Positions 28,037-42,394 of a stretch of 64,000 nucleotides of DNA are shown piece after piece. The number at the start of each line of letters is the position of its first letter. Within the stretch, counting starts at the first letter, position 1. This DNA comes from Eledone cirrhosa (taxonomy: Eukaryota): the NCBI GenBank assembly GCA_964016885.1, contig OZ024742.1:313224001-313288000 (forward strand). The letters are read 5' to 3'. The notes beneath the pieces are model-generated. The model was given only the letters and a program-made list of their open reading frames with translations, ran no database searches and was not told the origin of the DNA. The translations under genes were made by a program, and so were the position numbers.

Positions 28037-29123
28037 ATCATCATCATCATCATCATTTTACGTCCGCTTTTCTCTGCTTGCAAGGATGGGACGGGTCTTA
28101 TTCAGCACAGCATCTCTCCTCTTATCATGGTCCTTCGTCATATCGACCATGAGCCTCAGCGATCTGAGGTCTGCTCTCACCACCTCCGCCAATCTTTTTT
28201 GTGGTCTACCTCTACCACGTCTTCCTTCAACTGACATTTCCTGGCACTTCTTCACCCATCGGCCATCCTCCATGCGCAACACATGTCCATACCACCTCAG
28301 TCTCCTCTCTCGCACACTACATTCTATCCCTCTCAGACACAGTTTCTCTCTCAACACATTCATGCTGGGTTATTCACGTACATTGACATTGCACATCCAA
28401 CGGAGCATGCTTGGCTCATTTCTCTCCAGCTGTCGCATATCCTCTGCAGTTGTTGCCCATGTCTCACTATCATGCAGCATCACGCTCCCCACACAGACAT
28501 CATATAACCGGCCTTTCATACGCAGGGAGAAACCTTTCTTCGTCAGCAGAGGAAGCAGCTCCCTAAACTTCTTCCAACTCGTCCTTATTCTAGATATTAT
28601 GGCCTCGGAACACCCCCCTGCCATGCTAATCTGATCTCCTAGGTACTGGAAGCTATCCACCACTTCTATAACACCCGCCTGCATTTGAAAATGTGTCTAT
28701 CAATGCGACTTCTACTGTCTAATTTCCCTGTACATCTACTGCATACGTATTTCTCCCTACCTGTTAGTTTGCCTGCTATCCCGCTACATCTCTTGTGTAC
28801 CCAGGATCTGCATTTAGTGCATTTTTTCTACATATCGAACATGGCCATTTCCCTGACAGAATCAGAGTTTTGTCCTCTTTTCTACTCATCAACACTTTTG
28901 TCTTAGCTAGGTTCACTCTCAGTCCTCAGCCAGTTTTAAACTCCTCTGTTATGACTTGGAGGGCAATAATGAACAAGAGCGGGCTGAGGACCAAACCTTG
29001 ATGTACTCCTACTTGTACCTGGAATTCCTCACTAAACTCCATTCCTACTCTGACTTTACTGACAGTACCTCTGTACAAAGTTTTCACTGTCCTCACAAGC
29101 CATTCCTCAACACCTAGTTTCCA
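28037..29123 (-). mobile_element. Degenerate, internally deleted RTE LINE 3' portion (second subfamily)
   Basis: [39 protein letters not shown]; tail GCGGACGTAAAATGATG. Confidence 0.88.
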
Positions 29124-29161
29124 TATATATATATATCCATATATATATATATATATCCATA

Positions 29162-29478
29162 TGGAGGCACATCGCTTAGTGGTTATAGCATTGGCCTTGC
29201 AAATAGAAAGGTTGTGAGTTCAATTCTCAGACCGGGTGATGTGTTGTTTCCTTGAGCAAGACACTTTATCTCACATTGCTCCAGTTTACTCAGTTGTAAA
29301 AATAAGATGATAGGACTGGGGTCCCTATCATTCTACTGTAAAGTGGTTGTGGTGGTGCCACGGCAAAAAAACACCCAGCACTCACTGTAAATGAGGTTGG
29401 TGTTAGGAAGGGCAGCCAGAATCAGTTTGGGTCTCACCCTTGCAAGCAGGGAAAGCAGACGTAAAATGATGATGATGA

Positions 29479-29480
<2 letters not shown>
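29162..29480 (+). mobile_element. tRNA-derived SINE
   Basis: A/B boxes, core and (ATG)n tail. Confidence 0.88.
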
Positions 29481-29519
<39 letters not shown>

Positions 29520-29521
29520 CT

Positions 29522-29685
29522 TCATCATCATTTTACGTTCGCTTTTCCCTGCTTGCAAGGGTTGGACGGGTGCTATTCAGCACAGCATCTCTCCACTTGT
29601 CACGGTCCTTCGTCATCTCCTCTGTGAGTTTCAGCAATCTGAGGTCTGCTCTCACCACCTCCGCCCAAATTTTTCATGGTCTACT
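29522..29685 (-). mobile_element. Short RTE 3'-end fragment
   Basis: Matches 28040-28210. Confidence 0.75.
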
Positions 29686-29731
29686 GCAGCATCATATAGC
29701 TGTCCATATATATATCTATATATATATATAT

Positions 29732-30065
29732 CATCATCATCATCATTTTACGTCCGCTTTTCCCTGCTTGCAAGGGTGGGACATGCACTGATTCTGGCTT
29801 GATTTCTACAGCTGGATGCCCTTCTTAACACCAACCTCATTTACAGTGAGTGCTGGGTGCTTTTTTGCCGTGGAACCTCCATGGCAACTTTGCAGTGGAA
29901 TGATATGGACCCCAGTCCTATCATCTCATTTCTACAGCTGAGTAAACTGGAGCAATGGGAAATAAAATGTCTTGCTCAAGGAAACAACACATCACCCGGT
30001 CTAAGAATTGAACTCGCAACCTTTCGATTGCAAGCCCAATGCTCTAACCACTAAGCCATGTGCCT
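29732..30065 (-). mobile_element. tRNA-derived SINE
   Basis: A/B boxes, core and tail on the minus strand. Confidence 0.88.
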
Positions 30066-30139
30066 ATATATATATATATGGATATATATGGATATATATA
30101 TATATATGGATATATATATATATATATATATATATATGG

Positions 30140-30227
<88 letters not shown>

Positions 30228-30234
30228 GTATATA

Positions 30235-30312
<78 letters not shown>

Positions 30313-30315
<3 letters not shown>

Positions 30316-31298
30316 CGTTTCTGAATTTGTTTAGCAAGATTCTTTATCTGAAATCGTGTGTTGAAACCGATATTGTTATACTTTGGGAGGGTCATGTTGC
30401 CAATAAGAAACACATGCACCAGTTGCTTACACTTCAATTTATTATATATTTATAAATTTATAAAGTTACAAATCTACAAATTTATAAATTTCTGGTTGGT
30501 TGGTTTGTTCCACAACCAGATAGTTGTTTATATATAGTCATAGTCCTTTCGTCACACACTCTGTGACCTCTTCAGTGACTGGGGATTCCTCTCTTTGTTT
30601 CTGTGCCTTTCCTTTCTTCTGTCCTACGCCATTTTGTTTCTGTGTGTGTGTTGTGTGCTCAGTTTGCGCATGCGCCACATCCGGGTGTCTGTGTGTGTTT
30701 GTGTTCATTTATCTATTTGTTTATTTATTTACATGTTATTGGTTGTTTGTTTGTTCTATGTGTGTGTGTGTTTTCATTTTGTCCTTAATTATAAATTGTG
30801 ATGTTGCTGTTCCACTCATATTTTCTATTTAATTTTGGTTGTAATTCTTTTATGTTTATTGCCTCTGTAATTTGTCTAAACATTGCATCTTTTCTGTGTG
30901 TAGATTCTATTTTTATTTCTATGTTCTCTAATTTACCCTTGTGTTCTAAACAAATAGATACATGAACACAAACACACACAGACACCCGGATGTGGCGCAT
31001 ACGCAAACTGAGCACACAACACACACACAGAAACAAAATGGCGTAGGACAGAAGAAAGGAAAGGCACAGAAACAAAGATAGGAATCCCCAGTCACAGAAG
31101 AGGTCACAGAGTGTGTGACGAAAGGACTATGACTATATATAAACAACTATCTGGTTGTGGAACCAACCAACCAACCAGAAATTTGTAAATTTGTAGATTT
31201 GTAAATTTATAAATTTATAAATATATAATAAATTGAAGTGAAAGCAACTGGTGCGTGTGTTTCTTATTGGCAACATGACCCTCCCAAAGTATAACAAT
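30313..31298. mobile_element. Truncated PLE (family A) with inverted pLTR; HHR at 30536-30580 (-) and core-mutated copy at 31090-31134 (+)
   Basis: Arms ~30370-30720 and ~30947-31298 are reverse complements; GIY-YIG C-terminus RQITEAINIKELQPKLNRKYEW; AGTCA-CTGAAGA-G-GTCACA..TGTGAC-GAAAG-GA-CTA-TGACT. Confidence 0.85.
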
Positions 31299-31311
31299 AT
31301 ATATATATATA

Positions 31312-31690
31312 TATATATAAATGGGAAAACTCAGCTTATGGAAGCTGTTAGAGAAACAAAATACCGTCGAAGTGGCGTTGGGTAAAATATTACCTTGAAG
31401 GACAGAGATTTTGCTGTTCTAACAGCTTCCATATGCTGAATTTTCCCATTTTCATGAGAAACCTATACTCTTGCATCTCAAAACTCTATTTTTGAGTTAA
31501 ATTTGTTTATATATATGTGTATATATATATGTGCACAAATATATTACATTGCATACATACATATGCAAATACACACACATACATACGCACATATACATAC
31601 AATGAAGAAACTAATTCTTAAGAATATAAAGAATCTTAAATTGGCTAGAAAGGTTTATTGGCAGTTATACATATATATCCATATATATAT
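31312..31690. repeat. Segment X (internal hairpin 31319-31452), duplicated in inverted orientation at 33975-34335
   Basis: Near-identical reverse complement. Confidence 0.9.
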
Positions 31691-31699
31691 ATATATATA

Positions 31700-33575
31700 T
31701 ATAAGAGGGTGTTAAAGTTTGCTTGAAGCATTGTGAAATGTGTAAAATACGTAGTTAAGAAAGCCACAACAATGCAGAGGGAAATCTCGAGGTAGGAAGT
31801 GAATGATAGATAGGAAAAACAGGTGAAAGTGAAAATTGAGAGAGACAAAGATGAAAACAAAACAAAGGTAGAAGGGTTACCGTAGTAGAGATTTAATCCC
31901 AATATTTCGGTCACTCGCCCATCAACGGGGGAAAGTTCCAAAAGGGGGGGAACAGGCCAAGCGGAGAAAGTTGTGATGTCGTTAAGACAGGAATGCCGTT
32001 ATGGGGAGAAAATTATTTAAAATTTAAACGAGGGAAAGAATGCGCGTGCGCGTGATAGGCTGTGGCAAAAGCTACTGACCAAATGGGTTAAATCAAGAGG
32101 GTGCGCTAGCGTGTGAAAGCCGTAAGATATGTGTGTGTAAATATATATGTGTGTGTAACTGTGTGTGTATAAGTGTAAGTGTGTATATGTGTGAGTTGTG
32201 TGTGTGTGAAAGATAGTGGGCTGTAGAAGCTGGAAATCAAAGGGTGTGAAAGGTGGTAGGTTGTAAAACATGTGTGCGTGTATAAATAGAGATGTGTGTG
32301 TGTAAGCGTATGGGTATACATGTGTGTGTAACTGTGTGTGTATATGTGTGAGTGCGTTTGTGTGTGAAAGATAGTGGGCTGTAGAAGCTGGAAATCAAAG
32401 GGTGTGAAAGGTGGTAGGTTGTAAAACATGTGTGCGTGTATAAATATAGATGTGTGTGTGTATGCGTATGGGTATGCATATACGTGCGTGTGTGTGAAGA
32501 TAGCAGGCCGTAGGCTGTGAATGGTCACTATGGTTAAGTTAGCCATGTCAGCTCATTTCTCTCAGCCCGGTTGTTAAGTGGGGGTGTGAGGTTCTTAATA
32601 ACAAGTGCTTCCTTTATCCTTAAGGATCCGATGCTGCGTTCAGTCGCTAGGACTGTGACCAAGGGTCTACCCTGTGGGTTTCCGCATTTAAGGATGTGTT
32701 TACGGAAGGAAGATGCGTTGGTGTTGATATGTTCCTTGATACGAACATGTAGGGGTCGGATGGTGCTACCTATGTAAAACTTGTTACATTTATCGCATTG
32801 AATCTTATATACGACATAGGTGCGTAGGCAATCTGCCCCCCGTATCGGGCAGTTGCTGAGGGAACACGTCCCATCTGACTCGTCGGGTTTGTTGGAGAGG
32901 CATCTTCGCAGCGAAGGTCCTGTGTGGGCCAAATGTATGTCAAGTCCCTCCGTCCGTATGGCCCTGCGGATGGCGTTCGTGGTATATTCACTCAGGTGGG
33001 GGATTTTAAAGAAGCACCTGCTATTATTTAATTTTCTAGTGGGTGTCTGTCTATTGGGTCTGGGGTCTCTAATTCCGTTAATCAGTCGCTTGGGATAACC
33101 ATTAGATCTGAGTAGATTACGGAATTGTGTGGTATGGGTGAGACCACCCATCGGGTCGCTGCATCTGTTAGTGATCCGTGTCAGTTCATTTAGGACATAG
33201 CCTCTCTTAGCGTTGTTGGGGAGGGCTGAGTTATAATGCACAAATAAGTCCTTGCACGCTGCTTTGCGGTAGAAGGTGGTGTTTATGTCTCCTTCTTCCG
33301 AGATGTTGATACGGAAGTCGAGGAGGGCGAGTGACCCGTCTTCTCCTGGGTGTTCGATGGTGAAATCGACGTGATGGTCAGTATCGTTGAAGATTTGGTG
33401 AATTTCATTCGCCATCTCCCGGGAAGAAGTAAGTATCAGGATGTCATCAACGTATCTGGAGTAGAAGGCGACGGCGTTGGGTTGGCAGGTATTGAGTGCC
33501 TTGCGTTCCAGGTGGTCCATGTACGAGATCGCAAGTATGCCGGACAGACTAGAGCCCATAGGTAGCCCAGAGATT
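31700..33575 (-). mobile_element. 5'-truncated PLE (Penelope/Poseidon-like, family B): RT C-terminal half + GIY-YIG (32534-33559) and 3' UTR with a ~170-bp tandem duplication
   Basis: [53 protein letters not shown]. Confidence 0.9.
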
Positions 33576-33609
33576 TGTTTGTACGTATATATTTGTTATA
33601 CATATATAT

Positions 33610-33685
<76 letters not shown>

Positions 33686-33720
33686 ATATATATATATATA
33701 TATCCATATATATATATATG

Positions 33721-33789
<69 letters not shown>

Positions 33790-33803
33790 CCATATATATA
33801 TCC

Positions 33804-33973
<170 letters not shown>

Positions 33974-34329
33974 ATATATATGTATAACTGCCAATAAACC
34001 TTTCTAGCCAATTTAAGATTCTTTATATTCTTAAGAATTAGTTTCTTCATTGTATGTATATGTGCGTATGTATGTGTGTGTATTTGCATATGTATGTATG
34101 CAATGTAATATATTTGTGCACATATATATATACACATATATATAAACAAATTTAACTCAAAAATAGAGTTTTGAGATGCAAGAGTATAGGTTTCTCATGA
34201 AAATGGGAAAATTCAGCATATGGAAGCTGTTAGAACAGCAAAATCTCTGTCCTTCAAGGTAATATTTTACCCAACGCCACTTCGACGGTATTTTGTTTCT
34301 CTAACAGCTTCCATAAGCTGAGTTTTCCC

Positions 34330-35909
<1,580 letters not shown>

Positions 35910-35952
35910 AGAATATTTTCGAAACAGCGGGCAGGTTTGAAATTATTACAAC

Positions 35953-36083
35953 TGTAAGCTATTGCCGTATTTTGACTACATGTACGTCAATACTCATCTT
36001 TTTCCATTTGTCCGAGGGTTCTTAACCCCACTATCAGGCTAAATAATTTCTTTAATTTCTGTAGTCAAAATACGGCGATAGCT

Positions 36084-36087
<4 letters not shown>
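35953..36087. repeat. Small inverted repeat (28-bp arms, 79-bp spacer)
   Basis: TGTAAGCTATTGCCGTATTTTGACTACA / TGTAGTCAAAATACGGCGATAGCTTACA. Confidence 0.8.
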
Positions 36088-36118
<31 letters not shown>

Positions 36119-36383
36119 CTCATTATACTTTGCTTTTTGATGACCAGTCATTTGTTTGTTCTACCAGTGGCATCAAGGAACAGTCAACATGTTTCTGGGT
36201 TATTGCCCTTTGTCAGGACTGTGTACCTCTCTTATTTGCTATAAAGCTCATATAATACTTTCATGTAACCCGCTATGTGAGACCAAAAAATCAAATTTAA
36301 TTTTATTTTTAATTTTTGGCAAAGCCAACTATAAAATCACTCAGTATGCAAATGAGGCTAATCAGCTGATATATACATTAGAA

Positions 36384-36733
36384 CAGAGGTTCTGAAAGTG
36401 GGTGCTATCCCCCCCCCCCATTGAGAGGATCCAGGGGAGTGGTAGGGCCTAAGGGGACAGTAGGGGAGTAGAGATGATATAATAGTATATTAAATATCAA
36501 ATGATACATACTATATATAAATATAGTAAAATAAAAAATATATAATATTTATTTATACATAGTATATATTATATTATTTATTATATATAAATTAACGATC
36601 TTGTTTATTATATATTATTTACAATTTGTGTGTAAGTAGGTCTCTCTGAAAATAGGGTTGTTGGGGGGGGGCACTGAGAGTATTATGTGGCCGAGAGAGT
36701 GGGGCGGTGGCCCAAAAAGTTTGAGAACCTCTG
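36384..36733. mobile_element. hAT (Charlie-like) MITE
   Basis: TIRs CAGAGGTTCT(G/C)AAA; 8-bp TSD CATTAGAA/CTTTAGAA. Confidence 0.85.
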
Positions 36734-36923
36734 CTTTAGAAAATGCCATATATTTTCAACAGTTGAAGCAAGTGGCAGAACTAAAATCCAAGAAATCTAG
36801 TGATGACATGTTGAATCACTGTAGTGTATGAAATAAATGTGCAGTAATTTTGTGCAGTAACAGAATGACATTAGTTAGAGTTCATCACTGTTAATAAGGA
36901 AGACCACCACAGTGTATAAATTA

Positions 36924-37140
36924 ATTTCTACTTTAGGCACAAGGCCAGCAATTTAGTGGGATGGAACAAGTCAATCAAATTGACCCTAGTAGTTGGCTGA
37001 TACTTTATTTTATTAACCCTGAAAGGATGAAAGACAAAGTTGACCTAGGCAAGAGTTGAACTCAATACATAAAGTCCCAAAACAAATGCTATTATACATT
37101 TGTTTGATGCTCTAACAACTCTGTCAATCCATCACCTTCC
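36924..37140 (-). mobile_element. Old SINE (family of 16108)
   Basis: TTTCTACTTTAGGCACAAGGCCAGCAAT..GACCC..AAAGGATGAAAG..AAAGTTGACC. Confidence 0.75.
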
Positions 37141-37224
37141 CCACTATTTATAAAATAAACTGGCCGTGTTCTAAAATTGTACAGTGTTCAGCTTCAGTTA
37201 CTGCAGTAATGAAATAACAATATA

Positions 37225-37435
37225 CAGGGTGTTTCAAAAAATTTTATATCATTTGAGATGTAAATATCCAGAAACTACAAGGTCTACGACAACGAGACTA
37301 AGCAGACTCCATGTTGAGTAACACAAGATTTATTCCTCAAAACATGTCCACGTTATAACATTAATTCACAATATATATTTCAATGTGAAAACCTTGGGAA
37401 CAGGCCATTGATATCAAATTTTTTTAAACACCTTG
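37225..37435. mobile_element. Tc1/mariner-type MITE
   Basis: TA-CAGGGTGTTTCAAAAAATTT..AAATTTTTTTAAACACCTTG-TA. Confidence 0.75.
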
Positions 37436-37945
37436 TATATATATAACCATGGAAAGTTTAGTTTAGCTTATTTCTCTTTTTTCAGTCACAAAACATACAT
37501 TGGGTCAAATCTTATATAATCTAACTCTTTACCATTTAAACCAGCCATATCCAACCAGAATTCTCTCACCTCTTTTTGTTCATACCAGCTGTAACCATCA
37601 GCTCATACTGATGTTAAGGTATTGTTCTCAAAATAAATGATATCAAAATCTCATAGATTCAATATTATGTGAGATAATTATGTAAGGTAAAGTCTTTACC
37701 ACAAAAATATAATAGTAAATATAGAGTAAATGTTAAAGTGTTAAAGCAATGTCGTTTTGAACACACAAGATCAGAATATTTTTTTTTTATTTCAAGGATG
37801 CAAAACTCATGTTCCAGATGAAATTATACCACTTAATGTAAAGGAGAAAACTCTAATGCACAAAGTACCACAAGTTAACACCAGTTTGGAGAAAATTATT
37901 TAAATTTCTAAACCCTTCAAATTCTTCAATATTTTATTGAAAATA

Positions 37946-38111
37946 GGGCGGTGGATTGGCAGTATCAGTAGAGAGTCGGACGCCATGCATTACGGTCTGT
38001 GTTCAAATCCCGCCGAGGTTAACTTTGCCTTTCATCCTTACGGGGTCGATAAAATAAAGTACCAGTAATGTACTGGGTAATTGCTGGCCTTGTGCCAAAA
38101 GTAGAAACAAT
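37946..38111 (+). mobile_element. Young SINE (family of 16108), 16-bp TSD
   Basis: TSD TATTTTATTGAAAATA at 37930-37945 and 38112-38127; B-box GTTCAAATCC. Confidence 0.92.
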
Positions 38112-38414
38112 TATTTTATTGAAAATAATAGCAGTGTCGTTGAATTAGAAATATGGTAATGAAAGGTTAATGAGTAGAATATAAAGTTAATTAAATAATT
38201 GAGTTCTCATCATTGAAACTAATTGAGGATCCATTAGGGTTGAACTGAAGTCATAGAGATATAGAAGGGAAAATGGATTATCTCTTTTCTGATCTGATAA
38301 CTAGAATTAATAGATGAATAAATAAACAAATAAATAAATAAACAAATAAATGACTGATAAGCCGGTTAGAATTATATAAAGGGAAAAGGATAACAAATAA
38401 AACAAAACAAAGAA

Positions 38415-38845
38415 AAAAGAAGTAAGTGACATAGTCACTACTTTAAAACTGATAGCGCAAGGTCTTCAAAATGTTTTTAATTAAACATACAGTATATTGC
38501 CAAATATACTATACATACATTCATGTATACATCGCTATTTCAGAACACCAATCATAATACCTAAGTTTTGCTGGACCAGCAATCACTCTGTATAATCAGC
38601 TCCTGATTATTACTGGAATTCTATAAGAATCCAGCTTCTGTAATCTTCGGCGACAGCGTGAAACAGACAGTTTGTTAGCGTCTCTCCCTTCTTTCGCCGA
38701 AGAAAAGAAGTAAGTGAAATAGTCACTACTTTAAAACTGATAGTGTATGGTCTTCAAAATGTTTTTAATTAAACATACGGTATATTGCCAAATATACTAT
38801 ACATACATTCATGTATACATCGCTATTTCAGAGCGCCAATCCTAA
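38415..38845. repeat. ~140-bp direct repeat with ~288-bp period
   Basis: AAAAGAAGTAAGTGA(C/A)ATAGTCACTAC..CATCGCTATTTCAGA occurs twice. Confidence 0.85.
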
Positions 38846-39426
38846 TAAGGTGTTTACTCCAACATAGCTGTATACAGACATGTATGTAAAGTTTGTATAT
38901 CGAATATATGATATGTTTACGAATAAACATTTAAAAACCTTTAGCTATGAAATTTAAAGGTCATGGCTGGTGCCATCTACCTCATTACTGCAAAAGCAAG
39001 GGGGAAGTAACTGACAGATGTTTTTCTTACCTAGTATATTTCAACATAATATTTCAGAGATAAAATGCTCTTTTTAAATGCAAAACAAAAATGAAAACTG
39101 TTCAAAATAAAATGAACGAACAATGTTTCTTCCCTGACTGGCTTAGCCAAAGAAGAGCATATCGATTGTTCATTCTGTTTTATATCATTTTTGTTTTAGC
39201 ATTTGAAAAACATTACTTTGTTTTGTTTTATGTGTTGTCCTTTGCCCTTTATATATTTCAACCACATTGTACCGTCTATCTGAGAAACACGTCAGTCATT
39301 TATTACATATCCCACAATGCTTCATATTCATCCTCATCATCATCATCACGTTTTATGCTCGTTTTCCCATGCAAACAAATATATAACCAAACAAATAAAT
39401 TAACAAACAAATAAGTAAATAAATAA

Positions 39427-39502
<76 letters not shown>

Positions 39503-39535
39503 ATATATATATATGTGTATATATATATATATACT

Positions 39536-39568
<33 letters not shown>

Positions 39569-39649
39569 TTATTTATATATATATAAGTAAATACATATAC
39601 ACGTGCTAATGTGGAAGAATGCACATAAAAAGGCGATGATGATATATAT

Positions 39650-39887
39650 TAATGGATGATGACCACTGGGTGAAGAATTGCCAAGTAATCCCAGTGGAAG
39701 GAAGACGCAGTAGAGGAAGACAACGGAAAACATGGGCAGAGTTGGTGAGAGCTGATCTCAGATCACTGAATTTCACAGAGAAGATGACAAAGAACCGTGA
39801 CAAATGGAGAGATGCTGTGCTGAAGCAGACCCATCCCACCCTTGCAAGCAGGGAAAATGATGATGATGATGATGATGAGGATGATGA

Positions 39888-39890
<3 letters not shown>
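39650..39890 (+). mobile_element. RTE 3'-end fragment
   Basis: MDDDHWVKNCQ..GRRSRGRQRKTW; (ATG)n tail. Confidence 0.8.
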
Positions 39891-39938
<48 letters not shown>

Positions 39939-40074
39939 GATAAGAATAAAGATGCCATAACTCCTTGTGGAGTCATAAAGGTACCATCAAATGGCGTGTC
40001 TAAGGCATATTTAAACCTGGTGGAGCCCAACCCTCTCCAGGACTTAACACAGCCGATCTTTTCCATAGAGAAAG

Positions 40075-40235
40075 AATCAACCCCAGTACTGGACTGCTAC
40101 TTTTTTTATCGACCTCGAAAGATGAATGGGAAAGTTGACCCCAGCTGGATTTGAACTCAGAGTATGCATTGAGCTGGAACGAATACCGTAAAGCAATCTA
40201 TCCGACGTCTTAAGGACTCTGCCAATTCATCGCCT
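40075..40235 (-). mobile_element. SINE fragment (related to the 16108 family)
   Basis: TTTATCGACC..AAAGTTGACC..GGATTTGAACTCAG. Confidence 0.7.
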
Positions 40236-40307
40236 ATGCATATATATATATGTATAACCCATGCTAGCATGGAAACGGACGTTAAACGAAGATGATGATG
40301 ATGATGA

Positions 40308-40351
<44 letters not shown>

Positions 40352-40404
40352 TGAAACAAAATGAAAACGAAATTTCATTTCTCACTCTTAGTATGGCACT
40401 TACT

Positions 40405-40506
40405 TAGTTGTTCATATATTGTCAAAGTTCTTTCGTCACACATTCTGTGACCTCTTCAGTGACTGGCGATTCTTTTCTTTGTTTTTGTGCCTCTCCTTTG
40501 TTCTGT

Positions 40507-40510
<4 letters not shown>
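40405..40510 (-). mobile_element. Family-A pLTR fragment with HHR (40421-40463)
   Basis: Matches 34545-34645. Confidence 0.75.
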
Positions 40511-40564
<54 letters not shown>

Positions 40565-40567
<3 letters not shown>

Positions 40568-41150
40568 GTTAGAGCATTGGCCTTGCAATCGAAAGGTTGT
40601 GAGTTCAATTCTCAAACCGGGTGATGTGTTGTTTCCTTGAGCAAGACACTTTATTTCACATTGCTCCGCTGTAGAAATGAGATGATAGGGACTGGGGTCC
40701 ATATCATTCCACTGCAAAGTGGTCGTGGAGGTGCCACGGCAAAAAAGCACCCATCACTCACTGTAAATGAGGTTGGTGTTAGGAAGGGCATCCAGCTGTA
40801 GAAATCAAGCCAGAATCAGTTCCCGTCCCACCCTTACAAGCAGGGAAAAGCGGACGTAAAAATGATGATGATGATGATCATCATCATCATCATCATCATC
40901 ACCGTTTTACGTCTGTTCTTCCACGCTAGCATGGGTTAGATGGCTTGTCCTGTTGTGGGCAGTGTCTGGTCGGCTGACCATGCCTTGCTCATACAGGAAC
41001 TGATCTGGCTTGATTTCTACAGCTGGATGCCCTTCCTAACACCAACCTCATTTACAGTGAGTGCTGGGTGCTTTTTCGTGGCGCCTACACGTCCACTTTA
41101 CAGTGTGGGCTGGGTGCTTTTTTGCCGTGGCACCTCCACGACCACCTTGC
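40565..41150. mobile_element. SINE (+, 40565-40878) joined tail-to-tail to an RTE/SINE 3' end (-, 40879-41150)
   Basis: (ATG)n immediately followed by (CAT)n; shared GGAAGGGCATCCAGCTGTAGAAATCAAG box in both orientations. Confidence 0.8.
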
Positions 41151-41409
41151 GGTGGGGGGAGTGGGGGCATATTGTTTATATGCTTCAGCATGTACCCATG
41201 GGAGGTCGGGTACCCTGTATTACTGCGTGACGCCAGAAGTCACGGTCGTGTGTCATTGTCTTTGAGAGGTGTAGTTGGGTAAGGTCGGCTTTTATCACCT
41301 CATCCCAAGTCATGATATATATTGTTATACTTGGGAAGGGTCATATTGTTGTAATATTGCCAGAAATATATATATGTATGTATATATATATGTATATATA
41401 TATATTTCT

Positions 41410-41700
41410 CTGTAAAGTTATGTTGGTACCACAACATCCAGTCCTAAATAAATGAGGTCGTGTAGGTGTCACAACAAAAAAACACAGTCCACGCTGTAAT
41501 GTGGCCATGTAGGTAACACGGTAAAAACCTCCCAGTCCACACTGTAAACGTGGTTGGTGTTAGGAAGGGCATCCAGCCATAGAAAACCTGCCAGACAGTC
41601 CTATACGAGCGAGACGACCAACCTTGCCTCAAGTGGGACAATTCCCGTCTAAACCCATGCTAGCGTGGAAGATAGACGTTAAACGATGATGATGATGATG
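41410..41700 (+). mobile_element. 3' UTR fragment of the PHD-RTE family
   Basis: Matches 26375-26665. Confidence 0.85.
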
Positions 41701-41903
41701 TATATATATTCATTTAGGTTTGTTGGTTCACCACTGGATAGAACTGGTCATTCCGTATAGTCATCCTTGATGTAATATTAGGGAGAGCACTCAACGTAAT
41801 GTAACTCAACCATCTTCGTTTGTGTTATTGGTGGTGCGAGTACGGAGTTACTTATTATAAAATAACAGGAGGCTGGACTGGTATAATTCCTTAAAGGTTT
41901 ATT

Positions 41904-41961
41904 ATACTATGAACATTTCAATGACTGGGTTCAGTATGAATCCGATGACATCATCAGGTAT
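41904..41961 (-). ncRNA. Type-I HHR motif
   Basis: ATAC-CTGATGA-(helix II containing GGATTCA-TAC-TGAACCC)-GAAATG-TT-CATA-GTAT; AUA site. Confidence 0.55.
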
Positions 41962-42025
41962 TCAAAATTTAACAAAGGAATATAATAGACACAATCCATG
42001 TATATATATATATATATTTATTAAA

Positions 42026-42150
42026 ATAACAGATTTAAGTTTTTTAAGAATCGCTGCTTTCACTCTTAACGGGATCTTCTGAAACTCAGAGTTTCAGAAG
42101 ATTCCGTTAAGCGTGAAAGCAGCGATTCTTTGTTTAAACTTAACTGTTAT
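42026..42150. repeat. Near-perfect palindrome (42-bp core arms, 1-nt loop at 42088)
   Basis: AAGAATCGCTGCTTTCAC..GAAACTC-A-GAGTTTC..GTGAAAGCAGCGATTCTT. Confidence 0.9.
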
Positions 42151-42394
42151 CTTAATAAATATTTGCTCTAGGGTTCTTATATATTTTGATATATATTTAT
42201 CCTTATCGAGCCCTCTTTGGATTTTAGTCTTCGCATTTATTATTATTACTATATACACACATATATATATTATATCATCATCATCATCATCATCATCATC
42301 ATCGTTTAACGTCCATCTTCTACGCTTGCATGGGTTTGGATGGGAGTTTTCCCACTTGAGGCAAATATATATACACTTTATAAATATATATACA

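Noticed and set aside
31319-31452. Hammerhead within the X hairpin
   Set aside because: Only partial GAAAC..GTC and TTGAAGG matches; no consistent helices
31895-31935. HHR in the PLE-B 3' UTR (TTGATGG..GAAA on the minus strand)
   Set aside because: Two core mismatches and weak helices; cannot be supported
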